From assembly GCF_965277165.1 (NCBI RefSeq), contig NZ_CBDICE010000005.1, positions 344,443 through 408,442 on the forward strand: a DNA stretch of 64,000 nt, read 5' to 3'. Each line of letters starts with the position of its first letter. Positions within the stretch are counted from its first letter, which is position 1. Position numbers and translations under genes: made by a program. The notes under the pieces are model-generated. The model saw only the letters and a program-made list of their open reading frames with translations, ran no database searches and had not been told where the DNA came from. This DNA comes from Rhodopila sp. (GTDB lineage: Bacteria > Pseudomonadota > Alphaproteobacteria > Acetobacterales > Acetobacteraceae). This document shows, one piece after another, positions 39,734 to 50,043 of the stretch.

Positions 39734-41029
39734 ATGACCTTCGCCACCGCCAAGCCACCGCGGCAGAGCCTGTCCCGCCGGACCCTGCTGTCCAGCGCCG
39801 GCGCGGTCGCCGGATCGGGCACCCTCACCGGCTTCCCGACCATCTGGGCACAGAACGTCAAGAACATCGTCCTGCGTCACGTCGGACCGCCAGTCACCGC
39901 CATCCCGGCCATCGCCGCGCAGGCCTCCAAGGACCTCGGCTTCACCATCCAGATGCAGGCAGCCGAGAACGCCGACCTGCTGAACCGTTTTCTGTCCAGC
40001 TCCAACGCGATCGACTGCGCCGATGTCAGCATCGTCTACATGCGCTACTTGATCGGGCGGAACGTGTTGCAGACCATCCCGGTGGCGAAATTCAAGTATA
40101 TGGACCAGACCATGCCGCTCTTCACCAAGGGCGAGTATCCCGATGGTCGTAAACTGCCACAGCAGGGCATCACCCCGACCTCGGTGCTGTATGCCACCGA
40201 CGCCACCGGCAACAAGGCAACCGGCGGCCCGCAGACCGAATGGCTGACCGTCATCCCCACCGTCACCAACGGCGACACGCTGGGCATCCGCCCCGACCTG
40301 ATCCACCGCAAGGTCGATAGCTGGGCCGACCTGTTGGCGCCGGACTTCAAGGGCAAGGCCGCCATCCAGGACAACCCCGCGATCGGTGTGATCGACGTCG
40401 CCATGGCACTGGAAGCGCGCGGCGACATCAAATACCGCGACAAGGGGAACATGACCAAGGATGAGATCGACAAGACCATCAAGATCATGTTGGACATCAA
40501 ACAGGGTGGCCAGTTCCGTTCGTTCTGGACGTCGTTCGACCAGTCGGTGAATTTGATGGCCTCGGGCGAGGTGGTGATCCAATCTATGTGGTCCCCCGCC
40601 GTCGCCGCCGTTCGCTCCCGTGGCATCCCCTGCACCTTCCAGCCGCTCAAGGAAGGCTATCGCGGCTGGGGTTACTCGCTCGGTGTCATGAAGCACGTCG
40701 ACGGCCTGAAACTCGACTGCTTCCACGAATACATGAACTGGTACACCAGCGGCTTCGAAGGCTCGTTCATCGCCCGCGAAGGCTACTACTCGGCCCAACC
40801 CGACAACGCGCGAAAATTCCTCACCCCGGCCGAGGCGGCCTACTGGTTCGACGGCAAACCGGCCCAGACCGACATCCTCAGCCCGTTCGGCAAGGTCATG
40901 GAAAAGGCCGGCAAGGTGCGTGACGGCGGTTCCATGTGGGAACGACTGGGCAACATCGCGGTGTGGAACTCGGTGATGGATCAGGATCGCTATCTGACCC
41001 GCCGGTGGAACGAATTCATCACCTCCTGA
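39734..41029 (+). CDS. Periplasmic substrate-binding protein of a PotD/PotF-type ABC importer (Tat signal)
   Basis: The twin-arginine-like N-terminus reads SRRTLLSSAGAVAGSGTLTGFPTIWAQ. The 431-aa protein is the first gene of a tightly packed five-gene operon. Confidence 0.8.
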   Translation: MTFATAKPPRQSLSRRTLLSSAGAVAGSGTLTGFPTIWAQNVKNIVLRHVGPPVTAIPAIAAQASKDLGFTIQMQAAENADLLNRFLSSSNAIDCADVSIVYMRYLIGRNVLQTIPVAKFKYMDQTMPLFTKGEYPDGRKLPQQGITPTSVLYATDATGNKATGGPQTEWLTVIPTVTNGDTLGIRPDLIHRKVDSWADLLAPDFKGKAAIQDNPAIGVIDVAMALEARGDIKYRDKGNMTKDEIDKTIKIMLDIKQGGQFRSFWTSFDQSVNLMASGEVVIQSMWSPAVAAVRSRGIPCTFQPLKEGYRGWGYSLGVMKHVDGLKLDCFHEYMNWYTSGFEGSFIAREGYYSAQPDNARKFLTPAEAAYWFDGKPAQTDILSPFGKVMEKAGKVRDGGSMWERLGNIAVWNSVMDQDRYLTRRWNEFITS

Positions 41030-41044
41030 ACTGGAACCCCTGCC

Positions 41045-42127
41045 ATGCAGCTAGGCGTCTTCATTCCGATCGGCAACAACGGCTGGCTGATCTCCACCAC
41101 CTCGCCGCAATACAAACCCAGCTACGATCTGAATAAGACCATCGTCGACAAGGCCGAGCAGTTCGGTTTCGACTTCGCGCTGTCGATGATCAAGCTGCAC
41201 GGCTTCGGCGGCCCGTCGGGATTCTGGGACTACAACCTGGAATCGTTCACTCTGATGGCCGGCCTCGCCGCCACCACCAGCCGGATTAAACTGTTCGCCA
41301 CCTGCGCCGTGCTCACCATGCCGCCACCGATCGCCGCTCGCATGGCGGTCACCATCGACAGCATCTCGCACGGCCGGTTCGGCGTGAACATCATCTCCGG
41401 TTGGCAACGCCGTGAATACACCCAGATGGGGATCTGGCCGGGCGCCGAACACTACAAACGCCGCTACGAGTATTGCGCCGAATATGTCACCGTGATGAAC
41501 CAGCTGTGGCAAGACGGCCGTTCCGATTTCCGCGGTGACTTCTTCCAGATGGACGATTGCCGCTGCCTGCCCACGCCAACCGCCAGAATCCCGATCATCT
41601 GCGCCGCACAAAGCGACGCCGGAACAAAGTTCGCCGCGCAATACGCCGACTACAACTTCTGCGCCGCGTTCGGCCACAACGCCCCCACCTCCGTCGCACC
41701 CAGCGTCGCCCGCCTGGTCGAGGCCAACAAGCAGACCGGCCGCGACTGTGGCGCGCTTATCCTGATCATGATCATTGCCGACGAAACCGATGCCGCCGCC
41801 GACGCAAAATGGAACCACTACAAAGCCGGAACCGACCTCGAGGCACTCGCCTATCGCGACGAGCAGGCACAGGACGACCCAAGCACCGACATCTATGCCC
41901 AGCCCAACCGACGCCGCATCATGGGCACCGACAAGTTGCCGACCAACCAGGGCGTGCTGGTCGGGTCCTACGCATCGGTTGCCCGAATGCTCGACGAACT
42001 GGCCGAAGTCCCCGGTGTTCGCGGCGTGATGATGACCTTTGACGACTTCGTCATCGGCATGGAGCAGTTCGGCACCCGTATCATGCCGCTGATGCGCTGT
42101 CGCAACGCAATCAAACAGGCGGCATGA
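41045..42127 (+). CDS. RutA-like FMN-dependent (LLM) monooxygenase
   Basis: Resemblance to E. coli RutA, as I remember it, runs through the whole protein ([80 protein letters not shown]). The stop overlaps the permease start. Confidence 0.8.
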   Translation: MQLGVFIPIGNNGWLISTTSPQYKPSYDLNKTIVDKAEQFGFDFALSMIKLHGFGGPSGFWDYNLESFTLMAGLAATTSRIKLFATCAVLTMPPPIAARMAVTIDSISHGRFGVNIISGWQRREYTQMGIWPGAEHYKRRYEYCAEYVTVMNQLWQDGRSDFRGDFFQMDDCRCLPTPTARIPIICAAQSDAGTKFAAQYADYNFCAAFGHNAPTSVAPSVARLVEANKQTGRDCGALILIMIIADETDAAADAKWNHYKAGTDLEALAYRDEQAQDDPSTDIYAQPNRRRIMGTDKLPTNQGVLVGSYASVARMLDELAEVPGVRGVMMTFDDFVIGMEQFGTRIMPLMRCRNAIKQAA

Positions 42128-43056
42128 GCACAGCCGGCCTCAGCTCGGTCTTGCCCATCGGCCGCGCCGACGCGACGTCCAGGCGGCATCGATCCGCCCG
42201 GCTGCCACCGTGGCTGGTATCGTGGCTTCAGGTCAGCCCGCTGGCGCTGATCCTGTTCGTCCTGTTCGCCCTGCCGACCACGCTGTTCCTGATCGTTAGC
42301 TTCTACGACTACGACCGCGTCGGCATCTACCCGGCCTTCCTTTTGGACAACTACCGCGAACTGCTGACCACGCCCGCCACCTGGCGCGTTTACGTCAGTT
42401 CACTCCGCTTCGCCTTCATCGTCTGGGCGATCACCCTCTTCCTCGGCTTCAACATCGCCTACTTCCTTATCTTCCATATCCGGAACAACATCACCCGCAC
42501 CGTGTTGTTCCTGCTCTGCGCCGTCCCGTTCTGGACCTCCGGCATCATCCGCACCATCGCCTGGATCCCATTCCTTGGCCGAAACGGTGCCTTCAACCAG
42601 CTTCTGATGGGCCTCGGCCTCACATCACATCCGCTGACCTTCCTGCTGTTCTCCGACTTTGCCGTCATCGTCACCTACGTCCACCTGTTTACTTTGCTGA
42701 TGGTTGGCCCGATCGCCAATTCGCTGTCGAAAATCGACCCCGCGCTGCTCGAGGCCGCGGTCGACGCCGGCGCCAGCCGATGGCGCACCATGGTCGACAT
42801 CGTCATCCCGCTGTCGAAAACCGGCATCACCCTGGGCTCGATCCTGGTGTTCACTCAGGTGATGGGCGACTATTTCGTTGTCCGCCAAATGAGCGGCGGC
42901 CAAAGCGCCTCCATCGTCTCGATGCTGTCCACCGAAATCCAGGCGATGCAGTATCCGCCGGCATCGGCCAACGCCATGGTGCTGGTCGTCTTCGTCGCCA
43001 TCCTGGTCGCCGCCATGATGAAGGTCGTCGACGTCCGCAAGGAATTGGTGAAATAG
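42124..43056 (+). CDS. ABC transporter permease (PotB-like)
   Basis: ATG 42124 overlaps the upstream stop (ATGA). The multi-TM protein has an EAA-type loop ([26 protein letters not shown]). Confidence 0.88.
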   Translation: MSTAGLSSVLPIGRADATSRRHRSARLPPWLVSWLQVSPLALILFVLFALPTTLFLIVSFYDYDRVGIYPAFLLDNYRELLTTPATWRVYVSSLRFAFIVWAITLFLGFNIAYFLIFHIRNNITRTVLFLLCAVPFWTSGIIRTIAWIPFLGRNGAFNQLLMGLGLTSHPLTFLLFSDFAVIVTYVHLFTLLMVGPIANSLSKIDPALLEAAVDAGASRWRTMVDIVIPLSKTGITLGSILVFTQVMGDYFVVRQMSGGQSASIVSMLSTEIQAMQYPPASANAMVLVVFVAILVAAMMKVVDVRKELVK

Positions 43057-43057
43057 C

Positions 43058-43903
43058 ATGCCGGCCGGCCGCATCAGCGACAAACGCCCCTGGACCTTCT
43101 ACGCCCTGGCAACCCTGTTCGGTGCCTTCCTGCTGTTTCTCTACGGACCGATGTTCGTCATCTACGTGCTGTCGTTCCAGGGTCCGAACGGCGGTGTCAC
43201 CTTCCCGATGGTCGGCACCTCGCTGGTCTGGTTCCGCGAGGTGTTCCAGAAAGGCCAGATGGCCAACCTGCCGGTGGCGTTCGAACGCTCGATCGCCCTC
43301 GGCGCCGTGGTCAGCGTGCTGACCGTCATCATCTCGGTCGCCGCCGGCCTTGGCTTCCGCCGCCGGTTCCCCGGATCGGGCGCGCTGTTCTACCTCGCCG
43401 TCGCCAGCCTGGTGATGCCCAGCCTGCTGGTCGGCTTCGGCATCGGCCTCGGCTTCCAGTTCCTCGGTCTCCAACCCAGCCTGTTCACCTCCGCGCTCGG
43501 CGCCCAACTGACCTGGACCCTGCCGTTCGGCCTGTTTGCCATGTTCGCCGTGGTCAACCGCTTCAACCGATCGTGGGAGGAAGCCGCCACCGATCTCGGC
43601 GCAAACGCCTGGCAGCGATTGCGCCACATCACCATCCCCATCCTGCTGCCCGGCATCATCGGCGTCGCCATGGCCGCCTTTACCCTGTCCTATGACGAAT
43701 ACGCCCGCACCACGCTGACCATCGGGCCGAAGAACACCCTGCCGCTGGAGATCTACGCGCTGATCTCGTCTGACACCTCACCCACACTGTTCGCCATCGG
43801 CACACTGACCACCGCTGTCTCGTTCCTGGCGATCACCGTCTCGCTGCTGGTCGTGCTGCGGCTGCAGCGTCGGCGCGGCCGCACATTGGCAAAGGTCGGA
43901 TAA
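43058..43903 (+). CDS. ABC transporter permease (PotC-like)
   Basis: It starts 2 nt after the previous stop. The EAA-type loop reads SWEEAATDLGANAWQRLRHITIPIL. Confidence 0.88.
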   Translation: MPAGRISDKRPWTFYALATLFGAFLLFLYGPMFVIYVLSFQGPNGGVTFPMVGTSLVWFREVFQKGQMANLPVAFERSIALGAVVSVLTVIISVAAGLGFRRRFPGSGALFYLAVASLVMPSLLVGFGIGLGFQFLGLQPSLFTSALGAQLTWTLPFGLFAMFAVVNRFNRSWEEAATDLGANAWQRLRHITIPILLPGIIGVAMAAFTLSYDEYARTTLTIGPKNTLPLEIYALISSDTSPTLFAIGTLTTAVSFLAITVSLLVVLRLQRRRGRTLAKVG

Positions 43904-44943
43904 TGGATACGCGTTTCGATGTCGAACTGGTATCGGTGACCAAGCGCTACGGCCCAACCCTGGCCGTCGATACCATCTCGCTCCGCATCCCCCGCGCCAC
44001 CTACTGCTGCCTGCTCGGTCCCAGCGGTTGCGGCAAGACCACCACGCTGCGCATGATCGCCGGGCATGAGGCGGTCACCGAGGGCGACATCCTGATCCAC
44101 GGCCAGAACGTCTCCGACCTGCCGCCGATCAAGCGCGGCACCGCGATGATGTTCCAAAGCTACGCCCTGTTCCCGCACATGTCGTGCCTCGACAACGTCG
44201 CCTTCAGCCTGAAAATGCGCGGCGTCGCCAAGCAGGAACGCCACGCCCGGGCGCGGGAGTACCTTGCTTTGGTTCACATGGCCGACTTCGCCGCCCGCCT
44301 GCCCGCGCAATTGTCCGGCGGTCAGCAACAGCGCATCGCCCTGGCCCGCGCGCTGATCAACCGCCCCCGGGTGCTGCTGCTCGACGAACCCCTGTCGGCG
44401 CTCGACCCCTTCCTGCGCGTCAAGGTGCGCGAGGAACTCAAGCGCCTGCAGCGCGAACTCGCCATCACCTTCATTCACGTCACCCACAGCCAGGATGAGG
44501 CCATGGCGCTCGCCGACCTCATGGTGGTGATGGAAAACGGCCACATCCGCCAATCCGCCCCCCCGCGCGACGTGTTCGAGCGGCCCCTCAGCCCGTTCAT
44601 CGCCCGCTTCATCGGCAGCCACAACGTGCTTCGTTCGAACCAGGGTCCGGTCGCCGTGCGCGCCGACCGCTGCCGCCTCGGCAGCCCCCAGGACGGACCG
44701 CATATCAACGGCCAGATCACCGCCGTCGAATACCAGGGCTCAATGGTCCGGGTGGCACTGATGACCGAGGCCGGCGACGAGGTGTCCGCCCTGGTCCCCG
44801 ACCAGACCTTCTACCGCAAGCCCGCCGAACCCGGCGACCCGGCGACCCTGGTATGGTCCGAACAGGACACCCACGCGTTGTCCGAACAGGACACCACCCA
44901 CGCGTTGTCCGAGCAGGACACCCATGCGTTGATCGAATCGTAA
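43903..44943 (+). CDS. ABC transporter ATP-binding protein (PotA-like) with repetitive C-terminal tail
   Basis: Motifs are intact: Walker A GPSGCGKTT, signature LSGGQQQR, Walker B LLLDEP and H-loop THSQ. The C-terminus ends in EQDTHALS-type repeats. Confidence 0.92.
   Translation: MDTRFDVELVSVTKRYGPTLAVDTISLRIPRATYCCLLGPSGCGKTTTLRMIAGHEAVTEGDILIHGQNVSDLPPIKRGTAMMFQSYALFPHMSCLDNVAFSLKMRGVAKQERHARAREYLALVHMADFAARLPAQLSGGQQQRIALARALINRPRVLLLDEPLSALDPFLRVKVREELKRLQRELAITFIHVTHSQDEAMALADLMVVMENGHIRQSAPPRDVFERPLSPFIARFIGSHNVLRSNQGPVAVRADRCRLGSPQDGPHINGQITAVEYQGSMVRVALMTEAGDEVSALVPDQTFYRKPAEPGDPATLVWSEQDTHALSEQDTTHALSEQDTHALIES
44857..44931 (+). repeat. Three in-frame tandem units (24/27/24 bp) at the 3' end of the ABC ATPase gene
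   Basis: The units are TCCGAACAGGACACCCACGCGTTG, TCCGAACAGGACACCACCCACGCGTTG and TCCGAGCAGGACACCCATGCGTTG. They encode SEQDTHAL, SEQDTTHAL and SEQDTHAL. Confidence 0.95.
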
Positions 44944-44950
44944 CGGCCGT

Positions 44951-46195
44951 TCAACTCGCGTCCGCCGGCGCCGCGCCGACGTATTTGAACTGGTGCACAA
45001 CATCCGTCGGCGGATAACTCGGGTCGAACTTCACCTGGAACACACTGACGACGTGCGACTCCAAGTCACCGTTCGCATCGAAGGCCAAGTCTCCCTGTAG
45101 CGTTTTCACCCGACCGGACTGGATCGCGTCACGCACCGCCGCCCGGGTCACCGGCTGATTGGTTTTCGCCACCGCCGCTATCGCCGCCAGCACAACCTGC
45201 GCCGCGTCATAGGCAGTGATTGAATAATCCGCCGGCCGTGTGCCCCAGCGCTTGTAGTAACGATCCATCCAGGGCTGCACCACATTGTCGTCCAGCATGT
45301 GGGGCGCGGCGATCGTCGTGTACCAGCCCTCCGCCGCGGGAAAGCCGGCGCCGCCCAGCACAGACACCTGGTGCAAGCCGTCGCCGCCCGCCTTGATCAT
45401 GTTCGGCACGATCTCGTACGACTGCTTGACCAGCTTGATTCCGGCCAGCGCGCTGGAACCGCAATACAGTGCCTGCGCATCCAGCCCGCGCACCTTGGTC
45501 AGCACCGACCTGTAGTCAGCCGCCAACGGATCGACCCGGTCGCGGCCAAGCACGTTGATCCCGATCTTCGCCGCCCGGGCCTGGAAGGCATCGGCGATGC
45601 CGACCCCGTAGGCGCCGCTGTCGTCCAGCACGAAGACCGATTTGACCTTCAGTTGCTGCGCCATGAAGTTCGCCATGTTCGGACCCTGGTACGAGTCCGT
45701 GGTCACGGTGCGAAAGTAGATCGCCTTTCCGCCTGGCCGATATTGCGCGGCGTATTTCGGATCGGTCAGGTCGGGATTGGTCGAACTCGGCGTCACCGTC
45801 GCCAGATCGGACTGGCTGAGGATCGCCGCCATGGCTTTTCCACTGCCGCTGTTCATCGGGCCGATCGCGCCGACCACGCTCTTGTCGATCACCAGCCTGC
45901 GGGCATTCACCGCCGCCTGCATCGGATCATACTGCCCGGCGGTGGCGGTGGCGTTGTCCAGCGTCTCGATCTGCACTTGATAGCCGCCGGGACCACCCGC
46001 CGCGTTGGCTTCCTCGATCGCAAGCACAGCGCCGTGCAGGATGTTCACCGCGTCCTCCGCGCCCGCGCCGGTCAGCGGCAAAGTGATGCCGACGCTGACG
46101 CTGCGGGTTTCCGATCGCGCGGCACGAGAGCGGAAGAGCGACGCGATAGTTGCGGAACCGATCAGCTTGGTTAGGGCACGACGCGAAGAATCCAT
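44951..46195 (-). CDS. Branched-chain-amino-acid-type (LivK-like) periplasmic binding protein
   Basis: ATG 46195 follows GGGAGA. The Tat-like N-terminus is SRRALTKLIG, and a type-1 PBP block follows (VSVGITLPLTGAGAED...). Confidence 0.82.
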   Translation of the reverse strand: MDSSRRALTKLIGSATIASLFRSRAARSETRSVSVGITLPLTGAGAEDAVNILHGAVLAIEEANAAGGPGGYQVQIETLDNATATAGQYDPMQAAVNARRLVIDKSVVGAIGPMNSGSGKAMAAILSQSDLATVTPSSTNPDLTDPKYAAQYRPGGKAIYFRTVTTDSYQGPNMANFMAQQLKVKSVFVLDDSGAYGVGIADAFQARAAKIGINVLGRDRVDPLAADYRSVLTKVRGLDAQALYCGSSALAGIKLVKQSYEIVPNMIKAGGDGLHQVSVLGGAGFPAAEGWYTTIAAPHMLDDNVVQPWMDRYYKRWGTRPADYSITAYDAAQVVLAAIAAVAKTNQPVTRAAVRDAIQSGRVKTLQGDLAFDANGDLESHVVSVFQVKFDPSYPPTDVVHQFKYVGAAPADAS

Positions 46196-46468
46196 GGAAC
46201 CATCTCCCGAATAAGGGGACGCACGGCACGGCAAATGTATGAAACCGCGCTACGCAAGGCCTGTGCCAAACTACTCGCGACAAGGCCGGTGTAGGGTAAT
46301 CGCCAACGACCATCACTCAAGCACTTTCACCGCCACCGTAGAACTCGTTTCCAGGCAGGAGCCCCTCGTCTGGTCACGAAATCCTAAATGCCTGAATAGC
46401 TACCGCCCCGACTTGACGACCGGTCTGTCACGCCCTACCTCCATCCCGAATCTGGAATTCCGAATTCC

Positions 46469-47164
46469 ATGTTGCAGCCGCTGACCACGACCCATAACCT
46501 GATCGATCGCACCTACCAGCAGATCCTGCAGGCGATCGCTGACGGCACCCTCGCCCCCAGCCAGCGCATTCGCCAGGCCGAACTCGCCGACAGCCTCGGC
46601 GTGTCGCGCCAGCCGGTCAGCCACGCTCTGCATCTGCTGAAACGCCAAGGCCTGGTCGAGGAAGCCGGCCGCCAAGGTCTCCGGGTCATCCCGCTCGATC
46701 CACTGCGGGTGAAGCAGTTGTATCAGGTGCGCGAAGCCATCGACGGCCTCGCCGCCCGCCTCGCCGCCCAGACCGTCGCTACCCAAATCACCGCCGGCCG
46801 AAGCAGCAACGCCGAAACCGACGCGCTCCAGCGCCAACTCGCGGACGGCATGCAGTTCACCGCCGCCACCCCCATCCCGATTCTGGTCCGCGCCGACACT
46901 GATTTCCACCGCGCGGTGTATCGCCTGTCAGCCAATCCGGCGATCGAGGAAATCACCGCCCCCTGGTGGCCCCACCTGATGCGCTCGATGGCCACCGTGC
47001 TGCGCGAACCGAACTACGCCACCAGGGTCTGGCACCACGAACACGCCGAGATCCTGCACCACATCCTGGCCGGCGACCCAGCGCGAGCCGAAACTGCCGC
47101 TCGGGCCCACGCCGCCACCGCCGCTCGCCTCACCGACGAACAACTGCAACCCCAAGCCGCATAA
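46469..47164 (+). CDS. GntR-family transcriptional regulator (FadR/FCD subfamily)
   Basis: The N-terminal winged HTH reads IRQAELADSLGVSRQPVSHALHLLKRQGLV. The C-terminus is a helical FCD-like domain. Confidence 0.88.
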   Translation: MLQPLTTTHNLIDRTYQQILQAIADGTLAPSQRIRQAELADSLGVSRQPVSHALHLLKRQGLVEEAGRQGLRVIPLDPLRVKQLYQVREAIDGLAARLAAQTVATQITAGRSSNAETDALQRQLADGMQFTAATPIPILVRADTDFHRAVYRLSANPAIEEITAPWWPHLMRSMATVLREPNYATRVWHHEHAEILHHILAGDPARAETAARAHAATAARLTDEQLQPQAA

Positions 47165-47183
47165 ATCCGCTGGAGGAAACCAA

Positions 47184-47981
47184 ATGCTGACCGAAGCCCA
47201 GACCCGCCAGTTCCACGACGAAGGTTACCTGTTCCTGCCGGAGACCTTCTCCGCGACCGAGGTCGCCCTCCTCAAATCCGAGGCCGAACAGATCTACCGC
47301 CAGCAGCGTCCGGAAGTCTGGCGCGAGAAATCCGGCGCCCCGCGCACCGCCTTCGCCGCCCATCTCTACAACCAGGCACACGCGCTGCTCGCCCGCCATC
47401 CGCGCATGATCGGCCCGGTCGAACAACTGTTCGGCGAGCCGGTCTACATGCACCAATACAAGATCAACGCCAAAGCCTCGTTCACCGGCGACGTCTGGCA
47501 GTGGCACCAGGATTACGGCACCTGGGCACGTGACGACGGCATGCCCGAACCCCGCGCCATGAACATCGCCGTCTTCCTCGACGAGGTGATGCCGATCAAC
47601 GGCCCGCTGATGCTGGTCCCGCGCAGCCACACCCAAGGCGTGCTCACCGCCGCACACGACACCAGCACCACGTCCTACCCGCTGTGGACGCTGGACGAGC
47701 AGACCGTCACCGATCTGGTGGCGAAAGGCGGCATCGTCGCCCCCACCGGCAAGCCCGGCGGCCTGCTGCTGTTCCACGGCAACCTGGTGCACGGCTCCGC
47801 CGGAAACATCACCCCCTACCCGCGCAAGATCGTCTATCTGACCCTGAACGCCGTCTCCAACTACATCCGCACGCCGACCCGCGCGGAGTGGATCGCCCAC
47901 ACCGACTTCGCCCCGATCGTGCCGACAGAAGACGGCGCCCTGACCCGCTACGCCGAGGACTTCAAACAAGCCGCCGAATAG
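47184..47981 (+). CDS. Fe(II)/2-oxoglutarate dioxygenase, PhyH family (ectoine-hydroxylase-like motif)
   Basis: FHDEGYLFL N-terminus. WQWHQDYGTWARDDGMP resembles the EctD signature and carries the HxD iron ligands. A distal His lies in FHGNLVHGS. Confidence 0.78.
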   Translation: MLTEAQTRQFHDEGYLFLPETFSATEVALLKSEAEQIYRQQRPEVWREKSGAPRTAFAAHLYNQAHALLARHPRMIGPVEQLFGEPVYMHQYKINAKASFTGDVWQWHQDYGTWARDDGMPEPRAMNIAVFLDEVMPINGPLMLVPRSHTQGVLTAAHDTSTTSYPLWTLDEQTVTDLVAKGGIVAPTGKPGGLLLFHGNLVHGSAGNITPYPRKIVYLTLNAVSNYIRTPTRAEWIAHTDFAPIVPTEDGALTRYAEDFKQAAE

Positions 47982-48021
47982 CCGAAACCCACCCGTCGGT
48001 CGCACCGCGCCCCAGGCGAGG

Positions 48022-49077
48022 TCAGCAACCGGCGGGCGATCCGGCCAATTCCCGCCGCACCATCGCCGCCGCCTGCGCCATCGCCCGCAGCTTGCCGAAC
48101 GCGGTCTGCCGCGGCAGATACTTCATCCCGCAATCCGGCGCCGCGACCAGCCTGTCGGCCGCGACATAGCGCAAGCCATCCCTGATCCGGTCCGCCACCA
48201 CCTTCACCGGCTCGATCTTCGGATCGTTCAGGTCCAGCACCCCCAGCAGGATCGTCTTGCCGGCCAGCTCTCGCAGCACGCCAAGGTCCAGCCGGGGCTG
48301 CGCCGCCTCGATCGAGATCTGCCCGGCAATCGTATCCCCCAGTTCCGCCAGGAACCCGTATCCGCTCGGCTTCTCCGCCACCACCGCGGCATAGCCGAAA
48401 CACAGATGCACCACCGTCGGCCCCTCGATCCCCTCCAGCGCCCGGTTGATCGCCTTGACGCCATACCGCACCGCCTGCTCCGGCGCCGTCCTCACCCACG
48501 GCTCGTCCAGTTGCACCACATCGACCCCTGCGGCCTTCAGCGCCCGCAACTCCGCATTCACCGCCACGGCGTAGTCCATCGCCAGTGCTTCCTCGTCGCG
48601 ATAGAAATCGTCCTGCACCTGCCGCGACAGCGTGAACGGCCCGGGCAGGGTCAGCTTCGTCGGCCCCACCGCGTTCGCCCGCAGGAACGCCGCATCCCGC
48701 GTTTCCACCCCCGCCACGCGGCGGATCGGTCCCACCACCCGCGGCACCTTGGTCACCCGACCGCCGGCGGACCGCAACTCACCCGGCGCCTCGGCGTCGA
48801 TGCCATCCAGCGCCAGCGCAAAGCGATTGGAGTAGCTTTCCCGCCTGATCTCGCCGTCACTGACGATGTCGATCCCGGCCCGTTCCATGTCGCGGATCGC
48901 CAGGATCGTCGCGTCATCCTGCGCCTGTTCCAGCCCCTCGGGCGCCACCCGCCACATGTCGCCGGCACGCGCGCGGGGCACCCCGTGCTGATGCAGCGTC
49001 GCGCGATCCACCAGCCAGTCCGGCTGCGGATAGCTGCCAACGACTGTGGTCGGCACCAAATGACTGGGATAGGGCAT
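48022..49077 (-). CDS. Cobalamin-independent methionine synthase catalytic-domain (MetE C-terminal-like) protein
   Basis: The 351-aa protein begins VPTTVVGSYPQP. It has the family blocks VVQLDEP, HLCFGY and the C-terminal Zn-ligand region PDCGMK. Confidence 0.82.
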   Translation of the reverse strand: MPYPSHLVPTTVVGSYPQPDWLVDRATLHQHGVPRARAGDMWRVAPEGLEQAQDDATILAIRDMERAGIDIVSDGEIRRESYSNRFALALDGIDAEAPGELRSAGGRVTKVPRVVGPIRRVAGVETRDAAFLRANAVGPTKLTLPGPFTLSRQVQDDFYRDEEALAMDYAVAVNAELRALKAAGVDVVQLDEPWVRTAPEQAVRYGVKAINRALEGIEGPTVVHLCFGYAAVVAEKPSGYGFLAELGDTIAGQISIEAAQPRLDLGVLRELAGKTILLGVLDLNDPKIEPVKVVADRIRDGLRYVAADRLVAAPDCGMKYLPRQTAFGKLRAMAQAAAMVRRELAGSPAGC

Positions 49078-49157
49078 GCAACGGAACCTCCACCGCTACG
49101 ATTGCACCATGCCCCACCTCGCCGCAAACTCCAACCTTCGTGCCAGGAGACGAGCCC

Positions 49158-50042
49158 ATGTGGCCGATTCGATCCGCGCTGTTCGTGCCCGCCCATCGCC
49201 GCGATTGGGTCGCCAAGGCCATCCGGGTGGCCCCCGGCGCCGTGATCCTCGACATCGAGGACTCTGTCCCGCCGCAATTCAAGCCGCAGGCCATGGATCA
49301 ACTGAAGAGCGAAATCCACCAACTGCGCGACGCCGGCGTCGCCGCCTTCGTCCGCATCCAGCCGCTGCACGATGCCACCGCGGCCGAGATCGAAGCCGCC
49401 GTCACCCAGGGCCTCACCGCCATCGTGCCGCCGAAAGTCGCCACCGCCGAGGAAGTCCGCCGCTTGCACGATCTGCTCAGCTACGCCGAAGGTCGCGCCG
49501 GAATCACCCACGCCAGCATCGCCATCCTGCCGCTGCCGGAGACCGCCCAGGGCATGTACCACGCCTACCACCTGGCCAACGCCAGTCCCCGGGTGCGCGG
49601 CATCCACGGCGCGCTCAGCGGCCCGGTGTCCGGCGACTTCGCCCGCGCCTTCGGCTTCCGAGCCACCGTCGGCGGCGAGGAACAACTATACTTGGCATCA
49701 AAACTGGTGCTCGACAGCCGAGCCGGCGGCGCGATGTATCCGATCGCCGGTATCTTCGGCACACCGCAGGACGACCTCGCGGCGGTGGAACGGCTGATCC
49801 GCAAGGCCCGCGACATCGGCTATTCCGGCGTCGCCGTGATGCACCCGTCCCACGTCGCCGTCGCCAACGCTGTCTATCGGCCCACCGCCGACGAGGTCAC
49901 CTACTTCAAGGGCCTGCTGCGGGCCTTCGAGGCGGCGGAAAAAGCCGGCCTCGGCGCCGTCAGCTACCAGGGAGCGATGGTCGATTACGCCATGCTGCCG
50001 TTGGCCCAAGAGGTCCTCGCCGAAGCCGCCCGAAACCGCTAG
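49158..50042 (+). CDS. HpcH/HpaI aldolase / citrate-lyase beta (CitE)-like acyl-CoA lyase
   Basis: ATG 49158 follows AGGAGA. Family blocks are present (RSALFVPAHR, AVILDIEDSV) with a later PETA-type motif (LPLPETAQG). Confidence 0.82.
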   Translation: MWPIRSALFVPAHRRDWVAKAIRVAPGAVILDIEDSVPPQFKPQAMDQLKSEIHQLRDAGVAAFVRIQPLHDATAAEIEAAVTQGLTAIVPPKVATAEEVRRLHDLLSYAEGRAGITHASIAILPLPETAQGMYHAYHLANASPRVRGIHGALSGPVSGDFARAFGFRATVGGEEQLYLASKLVLDSRAGGAMYPIAGIFGTPQDDLAAVERLIRKARDIGYSGVAVMHPSHVAVANAVYRPTADEVTYFKGLLRAFEAAEKAGLGAVSYQGAMVDYAMLPLAQEVLAEAARNR

Positions 50043-50043
50043 C

